Assembly (NCBI GenBank): GCA_964016885.1
Contig: OZ024740.1
Location: 405,666,001-405,730,000, forward strand
Length of the DNA stretch: 64,000 bases
Source of the DNA: Eledone cirrhosa
Lineage: Eukaryota
Direction: 5' to 3'
The position numbers and the translations under genes are program-made. Position 1 is the first letter of the stretch; each line of letters opens with the position of its first letter. The notes beneath the pieces were generated by a model, which saw only the letters and a program-made list of their open reading frames with translations, ran no database searches and was not told the DNA's origin. This document shows positions 52,101 to 64,000 of this stretch, one piece after another.

Positions 52101-52484
52101 TAAAACCTACTACAGTCAGTAGGCATCTCTAACAAAATACACCCCCCCCCCCCCACCCCATCCACACCGCCCCTTTCAATGTAAAGTTATGTTGGTGCCA
52201 CAACATCCAGGCCGAAACAAATGAGATCGTGTAGGTGTCACGACAAAAAAACACACAGTCCACGCTGTAATGTGGCCATGTAGGCAACACGGTAAAAACC
52301 TCCCAGACCCACACTGTAAATGTGGTTGGTGTTAGGAAGGGCATCGAGCTGTAGAAAACCCGCCAGACAGTCCTATGCGAGCAATGACAACCACTCTTGC
52401 CTCAAGTGGGAAAACTCCCGTCCAAACCCATGCAAGCGTGGAAGATGGACGTTAAACGATGATGATGATGATGATGATGATGAT
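49176..52484 (+). mobile_element. RTE LINE copy C: 5'-truncated, with a ~180-bp internal deletion of the EN N-terminus
   Basis: The ITP...APH-coding segment is joined directly to FWVGND at ~49218; complete 3' UTR and (GAT)n tail. Confidence 0.96.
49225..52092 (+). CDS. RTE polyprotein frame (partial APE, intact RT with YADD, PHD finger)
   Basis: 955-codon open frame highly similar to 28815-31961; lacks the N-terminal APE motifs (N..QE). Confidence 0.85.
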   Translation: MGNDNGIGGVGIMLAEKWVDKIIDVNRVNDRIIKIRLVLNKSTVTVISAYAPQSGLPGAIKDRFYETLMLTTSQITDSDYIIIAGDLNGHIGQHCDGYDGIHGGYGFGTRNEEGSRILEFCDANNLTICNTNFKKRDNHLITYRSEEHTSQVDYILTRRRDRVSVVNTKSLPHEECTSQHRLIISDLIVRTRRTRQQKRTILRRKIWKLKDPTARNKFQSILLDAFDSKEEQLESYNVEEQWEFLKANLLMAADEVCGWSRPVGRRRVTWWWNSKVEGSIKAKKQAWKAWRDGGSREDYQVARREARRQVYFARREAEERKFKHVLQRDDQKREVFRIARQCVKENRDIVGEKCVLNDDGVLAITDADKKVAWKCHYERLLNEENKWEKDSLPHIDTIEGPAVLVEGSIISKAIKDMKTGKAAGPSEIVAEMLKASGTVGHTMVTRIVNQVIQNGVVPKDWRSSIIVNCYKGKGDALDRSNYRGIKLIDQVMKVTEKVIAQLIRERIDLDEMQFGFVSGKSTTDALFNVRQLQEKYLAKSKPLYLAFVDLEKAFDRVPRSIIWWALRKLGVDEWLVRAIQAMYKETVSKVRINNEYSEEFSVKVGVHQGSVLSPLLFIIALQAITEEFKTGCPWELLYADDLTLIAESMAELEKKLQTWKHGLESKGLKINLAKTKVLVCRKENKVAVPSGKWPCSVCRKGVGRNSILCPKCKVWVHKRCSGITGKLTKNIDFICGRCSGAISGSKCPQNTSSFNCAEGSIEIVDTFRYLGDKISSGGGCSESTVARVRTGWKKFRELIPLLAAKGFSLKMKGRLYDVCIRTAMLHGSETWALCAEDIRRLERNEACMLHWMCNSNIRERQSINELRKKLEIRGIRCCLLERRLRWYGHMMRMKDDRCITKCRAIKIDGSHGVGRPRKIWDELINSDLTHLHLSKTMSLDRDRWRYSVIEKTRLT

Positions 52485-52590
52485 ATATATATATATATAT
52501 ATACATACACATATCATATATATATATATATTCCTCAATACCGAGTACACATTTCTCTCAGCTGTCAACCACATACGGATATATGTATAT

Positions 52591-52964
52591 TACGGTGGCC
52601 CTTAGCAATAGGTAATTTTCCGAAAGTAAAAATTTTCCTGGTCCCACAGTGAAAAATAGGTGTTTGCCCTATACCGGTGCTCTGTCCCCAGATTTTCAAG
52701 TTGCTCTCCCCATTATATTTATTGTCATTTATCCTTCAAATAGCAAGAATAAGTCCGAACAAGTTTTTAGTTTAAGAGAAAAAATTTTTTATCTGAAAAG
52801 ATGACTTTCCGGGCGAAAACTTAAAACTTTAACGGTCGATGAGGGTCACCTGGCAGTTATCCACTTGAGCTAAAGTTTTGTATAGATTGTGTTTTTGTTA
52901 ATTGGAACAACATAGGGTGGTGGGAGCTAAACTTTTAAAAAGTTGTAAAATAAGGGCCACCCTA
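52591..52964. mobile_element. Non-autonomous hAT-type MITE with TAGGGTG-type termini
   Basis: TIRs TACGGTGGCCCTTA / TAAGGGCCACCCTA; 8-bp TSD ATGTATAT on both sides. Confidence 0.8.
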
Positions 52965-53288
52965 ATGTATATATATATGTGTGTGTGTGTGTGTATATAA
53001 GTATATATATGTATATACATATATATATATATGTAGGGACTAACGTGGGTCTATGATTCCGTTAATTTATTTTGATATATTGCTCCTTATAACAGTCTTC
53101 TCTCTCCCTCTGTTTAGTATAGCACTCTTATTTTAGTGGTTTTTGGCTGCGATTTCTAGCCGCTCATTCCACCCAGGCTACTAGTTTACTGTCCCATGCA
53201 AGCATTCACGTCTCTTTACCACGTGTTGCAAGGCAACACGTGGTAGAGAGAAGTTTTTCTTAGAGTTGTCTGGAATGTATTCACTTAC

Positions 53289-53368
53289 CACGCGCTGATG
53301 AATCTGGGTGTTTTCATTCCATTCACTAATCTTTTGGCGAAACAAACCTCTTTGGGTTTGTACGTGTG
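53289..53368 (+). ncRNA. Type I hammerhead motif with stable stem III and weak stem II
   Basis: CACGCG-CTGATGA-ATC...GGC-GAAA-CAAACC..GGTTTG-TA-CGTGTG. Confidence 0.65.
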
Positions 53369-54739
53369 TGTTATATAGTTATAAAGGTGGGTAAATTCAT
53401 TCTGATTTATATTTTTAATTATTATGTGTCTGCCTCACCTTTTGTAGTTTATAGATTGGATTTATGGTTATCATACTTCAGAATTTTGGTTAAACGAAAT
53501 TTTATGTCTGGATGTACTTCTTGGCATTAACCAGGACATGAATGTGAAAGAGTCTGTCTTGCAGGACTAAAGTCTCTTTCAATTTTTATATCAGTTTTAA
53601 TATGGAGTAGATGTCAGGACTAGAAGGAGGAGGGGGTGGCTGAATGACACTACCCCTCCCCCTACGTTTCAGTGATGCACCCTCAGATTTAGAAAGCAGA
53701 ATTTATAAAAACAAATACATCCTAAAATACTTTACTTAAATTTGAGTTCCATCCAAAATGTTCTGAAACAGCTTCTCCTATCCCTCTTGAGCCTTAAACA
53801 TCCAATGGGTCTGGTATGTGCTCTGAATTGATGCTCCACAAAATAGAAAATAGGAAGTTAATTACCACAAATTTGTGGTAGTCGGTCATCTATAAAAACA
53901 TGCCATATATATGCATGTTCAAATCACACCTTTTTCTACAAAAATACTGCATAAAAACCAACACACTACTTAGCTATTAGATTTACAAAACCTAAATTCT
54001 AATGAAGTACTGAGTTAAGAATGTTGTATGTAAAATGAATATATGACCTCTTTACATGAATATATACATAATCATCATCACTATTATCATCATTATCATC
54101 ACCATCACCATCATCATCACCAGCACCATCATCATCATCATCATCGTCGTCTAACATTTGTTTTTCATGCATGAATGAGTTAGACAGGCTTTGATGATAT
54201 AAAGCTAGACAGATCAGACTATCATGTCTTGCTCATATTTTCCATTCTGTCTTGGTTTTCTATGGCTGGTTGCCTTTCCTAATACCAACCACTTTACAGT
54301 GAGCATGGGAAGATTTTTGTCATGACACCAACACAACCACCTTATAGGGTGAACTGGGTGCTTTTAGTTGTGGTTCCAGCACTACCCCTGTCACTAGTGC
54401 TACCTCACTATAACATTTGTGTGCTCATTGTACTCTTCACCAAGCTGGCAAGGAAATGATGAGAGTAAGATGAAAAAGCAAGCGTTGGGCTATATGTTGC
54501 TTGCTATGGTGGCAGGGGACTAACAAATAAACTTCTTCATTACCATTCAACCTGCTGATATCATAACCAATTCTCCAAATTACCACTTTTGTGAAAGACA
54601 GTAATTAAATAAAATAAAGAATTTAGAGGAATTTGCTATAATAATTAATCATTTCATTTTCAAGATAGTACTTGTAACAACAAAAGATTCTTATATCAAA
54701 TTATGTTGGAAGATTTTAATTTAGATAGGGACTCTTTAA

Positions 54740-54948
54740 CCCTTTAGCATTTAAACTGGCCATATCCGGCCAGAATTCTCTCACCTCTTTCTGTTCATTG
54801 GCCACTCATACTGATGTTAAGTTATTGTTCTCAAAATAAATAATATTAAAATCTCATAGATTTGATATCATGTGAGATAATTATGTGAGGTAAAGCCTTC
54901 ACCGTGAAAATATAATAGTATATATAAAGTAATGTAAATACTAAAGGG
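54740..54948. mobile_element. piggyBac-like MITE
   Basis: TTAA|CCCTTTAGCATTTA...TAAATACTAAAGGG|TTAA. Confidence 0.8.
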
Positions 54949-55564
54949 TTAAATTGGGTGGCTTTCTTTTATAGATCCTGAGGAAATTTGTGGAGTGGCT
55001 GGTATCAAAAGGGTAAGGATTGACTCAAAATAACTCAACATCAGAAGGAAATGGATTTTGAAGCTGACACTAATAGAAACTTGAAGATAAATGTTAAACA
55101 GAATTAAAAATAATAAAAATTAAAAACAATCCAACTTCATGATAAAATTACAAAATTGGAAGAGACCAGGATTTTACTCCCTGCCGGGAAGTTCAAATTT
55201 TCCACCCAACCCTTGCTAGCAGGGAAAGCAGATGTTAAATGATGCTGATGACTATGATAATCGAGTTGTGAATGAGAAAAGTAAAAGAATGAAAAATATA
55301 AGGCAGAAAAAAAACACCAATAAATTTTACATAACAGTAAAAGTTAAGTATATCTATCTGATACAAAGACACAAGTTTTTTTTTTTGCAAGGGAAAGCAA
55401 AATTTTGAGTGGTTTAAATAAAGACACCATCACCACCTCCACCTCTGCCATCATTACCATTGCCACTGCCATCATCATCATCATTATTGTTTTTAGCTTT
55501 ATCCATGCTTGCACAGGTTGCACAAAGACTGGGGCAGTGTATTTCAATAGAAATATGGCAATGA

Positions 55565-55795
55565 AAGGGTTGTAGTGACCTACATTCCGCGGGCTCACAT
55601 ACATTCTCTGTGCGTGATTTGGCTCAGCTCAGCCAATCAGCGCCAGTAGAAGAGGATGTATCCCTACGCGTCCTGAGGGAGAAATTCCCCGCGAAGATTT
55701 GAAGAATCTTCCTCTCGCACCAGGAATTTCGAACCAGCAGCACGTACATGTGACGGTGAGATTTTGCACCTTAGCCTGCCGGCTTTCCGGCGCAA
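55565..55795 (-). mobile_element. Possible SINE (GC-rich, B-box-like GGTTCGAAATTCC)
   Basis: Composition shift, B-box-like motif and internal hairpin TGATTGGCT..AGCCAAATCA; A box unclear. Confidence 0.35.
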
Positions 55796-57749
55796 TGGCA
55801 CATTCCTTTTTGTAACCTCATTTTATGTGTAACTTCAACCATACAAGTTAACCAACATTATTTGTGCTACAACAAAATAAACATACATTTCATCTCTAAT
55901 TTCTGCTGTTGACATCATTATTATGTTACTCGTGTCTCAATAACATTTATAATCCATGCTGCTAAAGGGTTAAAACTTTACTACCCCAATCTTTCCTTCA
56001 GACTAAATTGTATCTCATAAAGATAGTCTAGCTTTATACTGGAGGCAGCTAATATATGAAGTGATCAGCTCCATGCCAGGGGAAGCGTAGATATGCAGTG
56101 CTGAGTTCAAAGCTGATGTAGGAATGCAGTGCTGTTGTAACAACAACACCATTACTGTATTGTGCATCTAGCAAAGGCACATAATTATCCTTTGTTAGAT
56201 GTACTCTGCCATAGTTCCACACTCAGTCATTTAACACCATGTGAAACTGGGATATAAGCAAACATTTGGTTGAATCTAATAAACTAAGTTTTTTATTAGT
56301 AAGTTGATATTTAGAACATTAAGAAAAGTTTCTACAATAAAATTATGATGAAAGGTTTTAATATAAGGATAAACTGTTTAAAATATGTTGTTTTGTATAA
56401 AAAATCCAGGTCAGTTTCAGGTGGTTTGGTATCAAAAGGATCAATCCTCTTCTTAGCATATCCTATAACAGAACTGTAAGATGAAACCACATAACTAAAG
56501 ATATTAAAGGTGTAATTGAATAGAAACAAAGTAGAATAGAGAGAATTTTAAGTCTTGTCAAGGACAACTGCCTTAGTTGCTGGTGTCATGATAAAATGCG
56601 CCCAGAACATTCTGTAAAATGGTTGGCAATCGAATGGAGACAATGTATGATAGAGAGAATTTTTCAGTTTTGTCAAGGACATGACAAACTTTATAGTGTT
56701 GGGGGTCACAATAAAATGTACCTAATACATTCTGTAAAGTGGTTGTAATTAAAAGGGGTAACTAGCCATAGAAGCCACATTAAAATTGGAACAGATGAGC
56801 ATGATGCTAGCAGGAAGTAACTCCAAATAAAAACTGGTTCAGACCATAACAAGCCATCCAACCTATGCCAGCATAAATATGGAGACAAAAATGATTGTAT
56901 GATATGAATTGTTGACTCTGCAGTCAATAGACTTCCAGATGTCTATCACAAATAAACAACAAAAAAAAGCAAAAAAAAAAAAAACAGCAGAAATAAACAC
57001 AAAACAAAGTTGATCTTATAAGGAAAGTAATCATTGCTAATTGATATGCACTGAAAATCTGAAGCTGCCAAAAACATTTCGGTTTTCACAGATTGTAACA
57101 GAATGCAAAGAAACTACAATTATTCTTTTATTTTTTCACTGGTTGCAGTCATTTGACTGTGGCCATGTTAGGTCATTGCTTTCAAGGGATTTAGTCGATT
57201 GTATTGACCTGGTACTTATTTTATCAATCATTTTTTTTGTCAAATGGCTAAGTTAAAGTATATAAAAAATGCACACACACACACACATGTATAATGTCTA
57301 TCAAATTTCACTCAAAAGGCAGATTTCAACCTGAGGCTATAGAAAAACACACTACCCCAAAGTACTACACAGTGGGATTGAACCTGAAAACATGTGGTTG
57401 CAAAGTGAACTCTTAAACTGCACAGATAGGCATGTACCTTATAGCATTTCTTTTCTTTTTGTTTTTGCCATTTAGTGAGAGGAAGTAAGGCAGTGCTCTG
57501 ATTCTATTCAGGGCCTCTGAGGCTGGTGGTGGTGATAAGAATAAGTTATACGGAAACTGGAGACATAACCTGAATGTTTGTAACAGAGTATTAAACTTTG
57601 TATAAGATACCCAAGGGTCAAGTGATAGTGTTAACCCTTTCAATATCATAATTCTAATCCTTTCTTCTTGCGTATGAGACTGTTGCTGCCTAAGGTTGTT
57701 ATTATTCACCTAATCGAGATCAGAGATCAGTGATCAATTTCCAGAGGCC

Positions 57750-58125
57750 ACCGCAAAGGACATTGCAAGAGATTGGGTACTGCAGCATGACAACGCACCA
57801 GTTCACACAGCACTTTCAAGAGAATTTCTGGCAAAGAAAAACATTCCCACTCTTCCACATCCTCCTTACAGCCCAGACCTAGCTCAATGTAATTTCTTCC
57901 TCCTCCCTAAGTTAAAATCAAAGTTGAAGGGTCATTATTTTGGACTGTGGAAACAATTGTAATCAATGAGCTAAGGACACTTACAGAAAATGACTTCCGG
58001 TACTGCTATGATAAATGGATTTGGAACCAAAGGTCATATTTTGAAGGAGATAACTTGTAATTTCATATACGTCTAGTATACATTTAAATAAAACATCAGT
58101 CACCTTACGTTTGGGACAATCCTCA
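57750..58125 (+). pseudogene. Mariner transposase C-terminal fragment with 3' TIR
   Basis: WVLQHDNAPVH...HPPYSPDLAQCNFFLLPKLK; end ...GGACAATCCTCA|TA. Confidence 0.9.
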
Positions 58126-58143
58126 TATGCATATATATATATA

Positions 58144-61100
58144 ATCATCATCATCATCATCATCATCGTTTAACGTCCATCTTCCACGCTTGCATGGGTT
58201 TGGACGGGAGTTTTCCCACTTGAGGCAAGAGTGGTTGTCTTGCTCGCATAGGACTGTCTGGCGGGTTTTCTACGGCTGGATGCCCTTCCTAACACCAACC
58301 ACATTTACAGTGTGGACTGGGAGGTTTTTACCGTGTTACCTACACGGCCACGTTACAGCGTGGACTGTGTGTTTTTTTGTCGTGACACCTACACAACCTC
58401 TTGTTTCGGACTGGATGTTATGGTACCAACATAACTTTACATTGAAAGGGGTGGTGTGGATGGGGTGGGGGTAGTGGGACGGGGGTGTATTTTCTTAGAG
58501 GTGCCTACTGACTGTAGTAGGTTTCACTTTGTACTTAGGTAAAGCAGGTCTTCTGTATTACTGTGTAGCGCTAAAGATCTCGGTCCAGTGACATTGTCTT
58601 GGAGAGGTGTAAGTGTGTGAGGTCGGAATTTATCAAGTCATCCCAGGTTTTTCTGGGTCTGCCTACTACGTGGCTACCGTCTATTTTTATCGCCCTGAAC
58701 TTTTTTATACAGCTGTCGTCTTTCATGCGCATTTCGTGACCATACCAACGTAGTCTTCTCTCGAGTAAACAACATCTGATCCCTCTTATTTCTAATTTTT
58801 CCCTTAGTTCGTTTATGCTTTGCCGTTCACGTATATTACTATTACACATCCAGCGAAGCATGCAAGCTTCGTTCCTCTCCAGTCTGCGTATATCCTCTGC
58901 ACACAATGCCCAGGTCTCACTACCATGTAACATTGCTGTTCGTATGCAGGCATCATACAGCCTGCCTTTCATTTTTAGAGAGAACCCTTTAGCGGCTAAT
59001 AGTAGTATAACCTCTCTGAACTTTTTCCATCCAGTTCTGACTCTAGCTACTGTACTTTCAGAGCACCCTCCACCACTGCTGATTTTGTCACCCAAGTAAC
59101 AGAAGGTGTCCACTATTTCTATAGAACCATCTGTGCAATGGAATGAGCTAGTATTCTATGGGCACTTGCAGCTACTTATTGCACCAGAGCACTGGCCACA
59201 TATAAAATCTATGTTCTTAGTTAGCTTACCTGTGATCCCACTACATCTTTTATGCACCCATAATACTTTGCATTTGGGACATAAAATGGAGTTTCTACCT
59301 ATTCCTTTCCTACACACTGAGCATGGCCATTTCCCGGATGGGACCGGTGCTCTTTTTTCCTTCCTACAAACTAGACCTTTAGTCTTAGACAGGTTAATTT
59401 TAAGGCCTTTTGATTCTAGGCCATGCTTCCATGTTTGGAATTTCTTCTCTAGTTCGGCCATTGATTCAGCTATGAGCGTTAGATCATTTGCGTATAGGAG
59501 TTCCCATGGGCAGCCGGTCTTGAACTCCACTGTTATAGCCTGAAGGGCAATAATAAATAGTAGAGGGCTAAGAACGGAGCCCTGATGAACACCAACTTTT
59601 ACACTAAACTCTTCACTATATTCGTTGTTAATTCTAACCTTGCTGACTGTTTCTTTATACATGGCTTGTATAGCTCTCACAAGCCATTCATCAACACCTA
59701 GTTTTCTAAGAGCCCACCAGATAATGGAACGGGGCACTCTGTCGAAGGCTTTCTCCAAGTCGACAAAAGCTAAGTATAGGGGTTTACTTTTAGCTAGGTA
59801 CTTCTCCTGTAGTTGTCGTACAATGAAAAGAGTGTCTGTGGTACTTTTACCTTACACAAACCCGAACTGCATTTCATCTAGATCAATTCTCTCTCTGATT
59901 AGTTGCGCTATTACTTTTTCTGTGACCTTCATGACCTGGTCGATTAATTTAATGCCTCTATAGTTACTCCTATCTAGGGCATCTCCTTTACCCTTGTAGC
60001 AGTTAATGATGATGCTGCTACGCCAGTCCTTCGGAACAACCCCATTCTGTATGACTTGGTTTACTATCCGGGTGACCATGGTGTGTCCCACCGTTCCAGA
60101 AGCTTTCAGCATTTCAGCAACTATTTCCGAAGGCCCTGCCGCCTTACCCGTCTTCATATCTTTGATTGCCTTACTTATTATACTACCTTCGACTAACACT
60201 GCTGGTCCCTCTATTGTATCGATGTGGGGGAGACTGTCTTTCTCCCATTTATTCTCCTCATTTAGTAGCCTTTCGTAGTGACACTTCCAAGCTACCTTCT
60301 TATCAGCGTCAGTGATGGCAAGTACACCATCATCATTAAGTACACACTTCTCCCCGACAATATCACGGTTTTCCTTGACACATTGCCTAGCAATCCTGAA
60401 CACCTCACGTTTTTGGTCGTCGCGTTGTAGAACATGCTTGAACTTTCTTTCCTCTGCTTCCCTTCTTGCGAAGTACACTTGTCTCCTAGCTTCCCTCCTG
60501 GCCACTTGATAGTCTTCTCTACTTCCCCCATCCCGCCATACTTTCTAAGCCTGCTTTTTGGCCTTAATTGACTCCTCCACCTTACTGTTCCACCACCACG
60601 TTACTCTCCTCCTGCCTATAGGCCTGCTCCAGCCACAGACTTCGTCTGCCGCCATCAACAGGTTTGCTTTCAGGAATTCCCACTGTTCCTCTATATTGTA
60701 CGACTCTAATTGCTCTTCCTTACTGTCGAAAGCATCAAGTAATATGCTTTTAAATTTATTACTGGCTGTGGGGTCTTTTAGCTTCCATATTTTTCTCCTG
60801 AGGATAGTCCTCTTCTGTTGTCGAGTACGTCTCGTCCTGACTATGAGGTCGCTGACTATGAGTCTATGTTGGGAGGTGCATTCTTCATGGGGGAGGGATT
60901 TAGTGTTTACAACAGACACTCTGTCACGTCTTCTGGTAAGGATATAATCTACCTGGCTGGTATGTTCCCCTCATCTGTAGGTGATCAAGTGATTGTCTCG
61001 TTTTTTGAAGTTAGTGTTACAGATAGTTAGGTTATTTGCGTCACAGAATTCCAGGATTCTGGAGCCTTCCTCATTTCTAGTACCAAACCCATAGCCTCCG

Positions 61101-61308
61101 TGGATTCCGTCGTAGCCGTCACAATGTTGTCCAGCGTGACCATTTAGGTCACCAGCAATAATTATATAGTCACTGTTGGTTATTTGGGAGGTAGTGAGCA
61201 TCAGTGTCTCATAGAATCTGTCTTTTATAACGCCAGGCAGTCCGGATTGGGGTGCGTACGGAGATATTACTGTCACAGTAGTTCTATTTAGAACAAGTCT
61301 TATTTTAA
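58144..61308 (-). mobile_element. RTE LINE copy D, 5'-truncated, with stops and a frameshift
   Basis: ORF pieces 60971-61308, 60545-60919, 59852-60505, 59156-59758 (YAND) and 58571-59113; (CAT)n at 58144; TA on both flanks. Confidence 0.96.
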
Positions 61309-61324
61309 TATATATATATATATA

Positions 61325-61652
61325 TATGACACATGACCGGATCTCTGGTGACACAAAGTAATACAGAAGACCTGATTTCCCACAAGCACAAGCTGAAGCA
61401 TATATACAGTATGCCCTACGCCCCCAGCCCACACTGTAAAGTGGATGTGTAAAAGACACGGCAAAAAGCACCCACCACACACTGTTAATGTGGTTGGCGT
61501 TAGGAAGGGCATCCAGCCGTAGAAAACCAGCCAGAAACACCCTAAATGAGTGAGATATGGTCAGCCGACCCAACTTCCCTCTAAATGGGACCTGTCTAAC
61601 CCATGCTAGCATGGAAGATAGACATTGATCAATGATGATGAGGATGATGATG
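61325..61652 (+). mobile_element. RTE-type 3' UTR fragment
   Basis: gttggcgttaggaagggcatccagccgtagaaaacc...catgctagcatggaag...(GAT)n. Confidence 0.8.
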
Positions 61653-61784
61653 AAATATATATATATATATTTATTTATTTATTTATATTTATATACATTT
61701 CAGAACATGAAATAACAAAAATCTACATCTTTGCATAAGTTATCTCTTTCTCTCACTTTTTAAATAACATTATCACTTAGCAGT

Positions 61785-61970
61785 GGATTGGCAGTATCGG
61801 TAGAGGGTCAGACGCCATGCTTTGTAGCAAAGAGTTACGGCCCTTTATGGTCTGAGTTCAAATCCCGCCGAAGTTAACTTTGCCTTTCATCCTTACGGGG
61901 TCGATAAAATAAAGTACCAGTAATGCACTGGGTAATTGCTGGCCTTGTGCCAAAAGTAGAAACAATTATC
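61785..61970 (+). mobile_element. tRNA-derived SINE (OK-like)
   Basis: B box GAGTTCAAATCC; homologous to 25688-25875. Confidence 0.8.
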
Positions 61971-62440
61971 ACTTAGAACTCCAACAATTCTTAACCAACA
62001 GCCAGTACTCATTGTTGCTGTTGTAATTACATCATTAATTACAATAGTTTCATTGTCTACACAAAAAGGTTTATTGGCAACAAATTTGACAATCTTTGTA
62101 TTGTTTTTCACAAGTTGCATAGAAATTTTTGTATCTGTATTTACACTATCTTTAATGATGCTTGAATAGAAATACTCATTTGTAGTCACCTGTACTGTTT
62201 ATCTTCTGTTTGGTTGCATTGTTGTTACATTGTCTTATGAATCTTTCCAGTGCCTAAAAAAGACATTGCATGACTCGGCTAAAATAATACAGTCCCCTCT
62301 AATGTATAAAATTGTATTTCCAGAGTGTTGGCTGAAGAGGAAATTATCTGCTTAGGTTCATTTGTCATCTGTGTCAATTTTTCCATGTGAGCATTTACTA
62401 ATACCACATGTATACACATACACACATGCACACACACATA

Positions 62441-62486
<46 letters not shown>

Positions 62487-62619
62487 GTCAATGGCATAAC
62501 TGGAAAGCAAAAACAAAATGGAAGATGGTTCAAACTGAGAATTTTAGTTTAATACTTAGGAGATTTGTAAAAAAATATTGGTACATAATGTTTCAAGCTA
62601 ATTTTATCACTAATTTTAT

Positions 62620-62905
62620 CACCTAGGTAACAGAAACTATCAACTACTTATATGGAGCCTTCCCGGGATTGGAAAACATTTATTTTACTTGTGATCTTAC
62701 TACTAACTATCCCTGTGCATCTGCCACATACAAAGTTTACCTTTTTTGTAAGTCTGCCTATTATGCCACTGTACCTCATTTATACTCAGGATTTACATTG
62801 TGTACATCATATAGGCTTACTACCAACACCTTTTCTCCATATTGAGCAGAACCACTTTCTTGATGGGATCAAGGTTTTATCTTCTTTCCTGCTTACCAAA
62901 ACTTT
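62620..62905 (-). pseudogene. Old RTE fragment covering the PHD insert
   Basis: KVLVSRKEDKTLIPSRKWFCSIWRKGVG..CTQCK...SGIIGRLTKKVNFVCGRCTG with stop codons. Confidence 0.8.
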
Positions 62906-64000
62906 TTTTTTGTGTGTATACATGCAAGCATGTACAAGCCAGTGCAAGTATACATGTTCTAACATACTGTTCATCATACATGTACTCAGGTGTGAGTGAG
63001 CATAGATACAATGACATGTAGCAGGCAATTATAGTGTGTGCATGTGAGTATCAGATGAGGTTGGGATTTAGAGGTTTGCAGGGTAAAAATGTATTGTTGC
63101 TCATAGTTTAGTGTCAAATGAGGTGGGGGATGTATGTATGATTGATGTGTGGAGAGTTGGAAATATTTGATTTTGTGCCCAAGCAGGTGGTTAGCCTACC
63201 AGGAGTGAAAGACCTCAGGTCCTGGTTGGGACATCATTCTAGAAGGACAACTCTGATGTAAAACCTGCAACTCGATGTCAGCCAATGATGTTGACCTGTT
63301 CTATGTTTTGGATACCTGTCACTGTTGTTCAGTGAGTGGGATTGATCCAATGTAAGAATTTTCTTCATTTAGCTACAAGTACAGACATCATGTGATCTAA
63401 ACATCTTTGACGTGTTACATGAGCATGGCTGGTCATAGCTGTAAAAGGCATTTTTTTTCTTTCACTACACCATTTGCAGAAAGTCATGTTCATGCCACTC
63501 TTGTCTGAGAAAGGGATCAAGTGATAGCAATTCTCAAAACCGAGATGCTGCTATCATTATATGTATGTATGTATGTTTCTTTTTCTCTTAATTTCGAGTA
63601 CATTTTTGACTGGCCACCTTCCTGGTAGTAAGGTTGTAAAAGAAAAGAGATTGTCATCCCTTGAATGGCAAGAATGTTTTGCAAATTTTGAAGGTGCCAG
63701 CTGTCGCAGACATTTGCAGTCTATGAATTAGGGAGCTGCGCTCTTTGTCCGTGCGCACGTGTGTATGTTCTTCTGGTTAGATTATTTTATAAATTGTTAG
63801 TAATAGAGAGAGAGGCGGTTTCTAACATAGACGCAAGACTCTTTCATTGGAATTTAGACAACAACAACTAGGTAAATATGTATGTATGTCTGCATGTATG
63901 TGTATGTGTATGGAGATCTCCTATCAACAAATTTATGAAAAGGACGCAGATATGTGAAATAGATTTGCTTGCTTACATGCAATCTTTGCACAATTCTAAC

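Noticed and set aside
53450-57700. Possible host gene exons
   Set aside because: AT-rich with decayed SINE/MITE pieces; no recognisable protein motif, although small exons cannot be excluded
21067-60947. Recurrent antisense ORFs over the RTE copies
   Set aside because: Shadow frames of the RTE ORF; they recur only because the copies are near-identical
62332-62345. CTGAAGA core match
   Set aside because: No compatible stems or GAAA-stem III found

Overview
Repeat-dominated eukaryotic DNA, probably octopus/coleoid (inferred from the SINE types and the RTE tail they share). No host protein-coding exon was recognised. 1-15.9 kb is a 23/25-bp satellite with multi-kb higher-order repeats, ending at an LTR-like sequence whose terminus equals the monomer. 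Four large copies of one young RTE-clade LINE (APE + RT with a PHD finger inserted in the RT) and several fragments follow, mostly flanked by (TA)n. A ~100-bp MITE-derived hairpin satellite spans 27.6-43.5 kb. Also present are hAT, piggyBac-like, mariner and Helitron elements and tRNA-derived SINEs. The most striking signal is about ten type I hammerhead ribozyme (HHR) motifs from several unrelated Penelope/retrozyme-like families. These include an intact tandem pair bounding a 480-nt unit and a divergent pair inside a foldback. All alignments and folds were done by eye.
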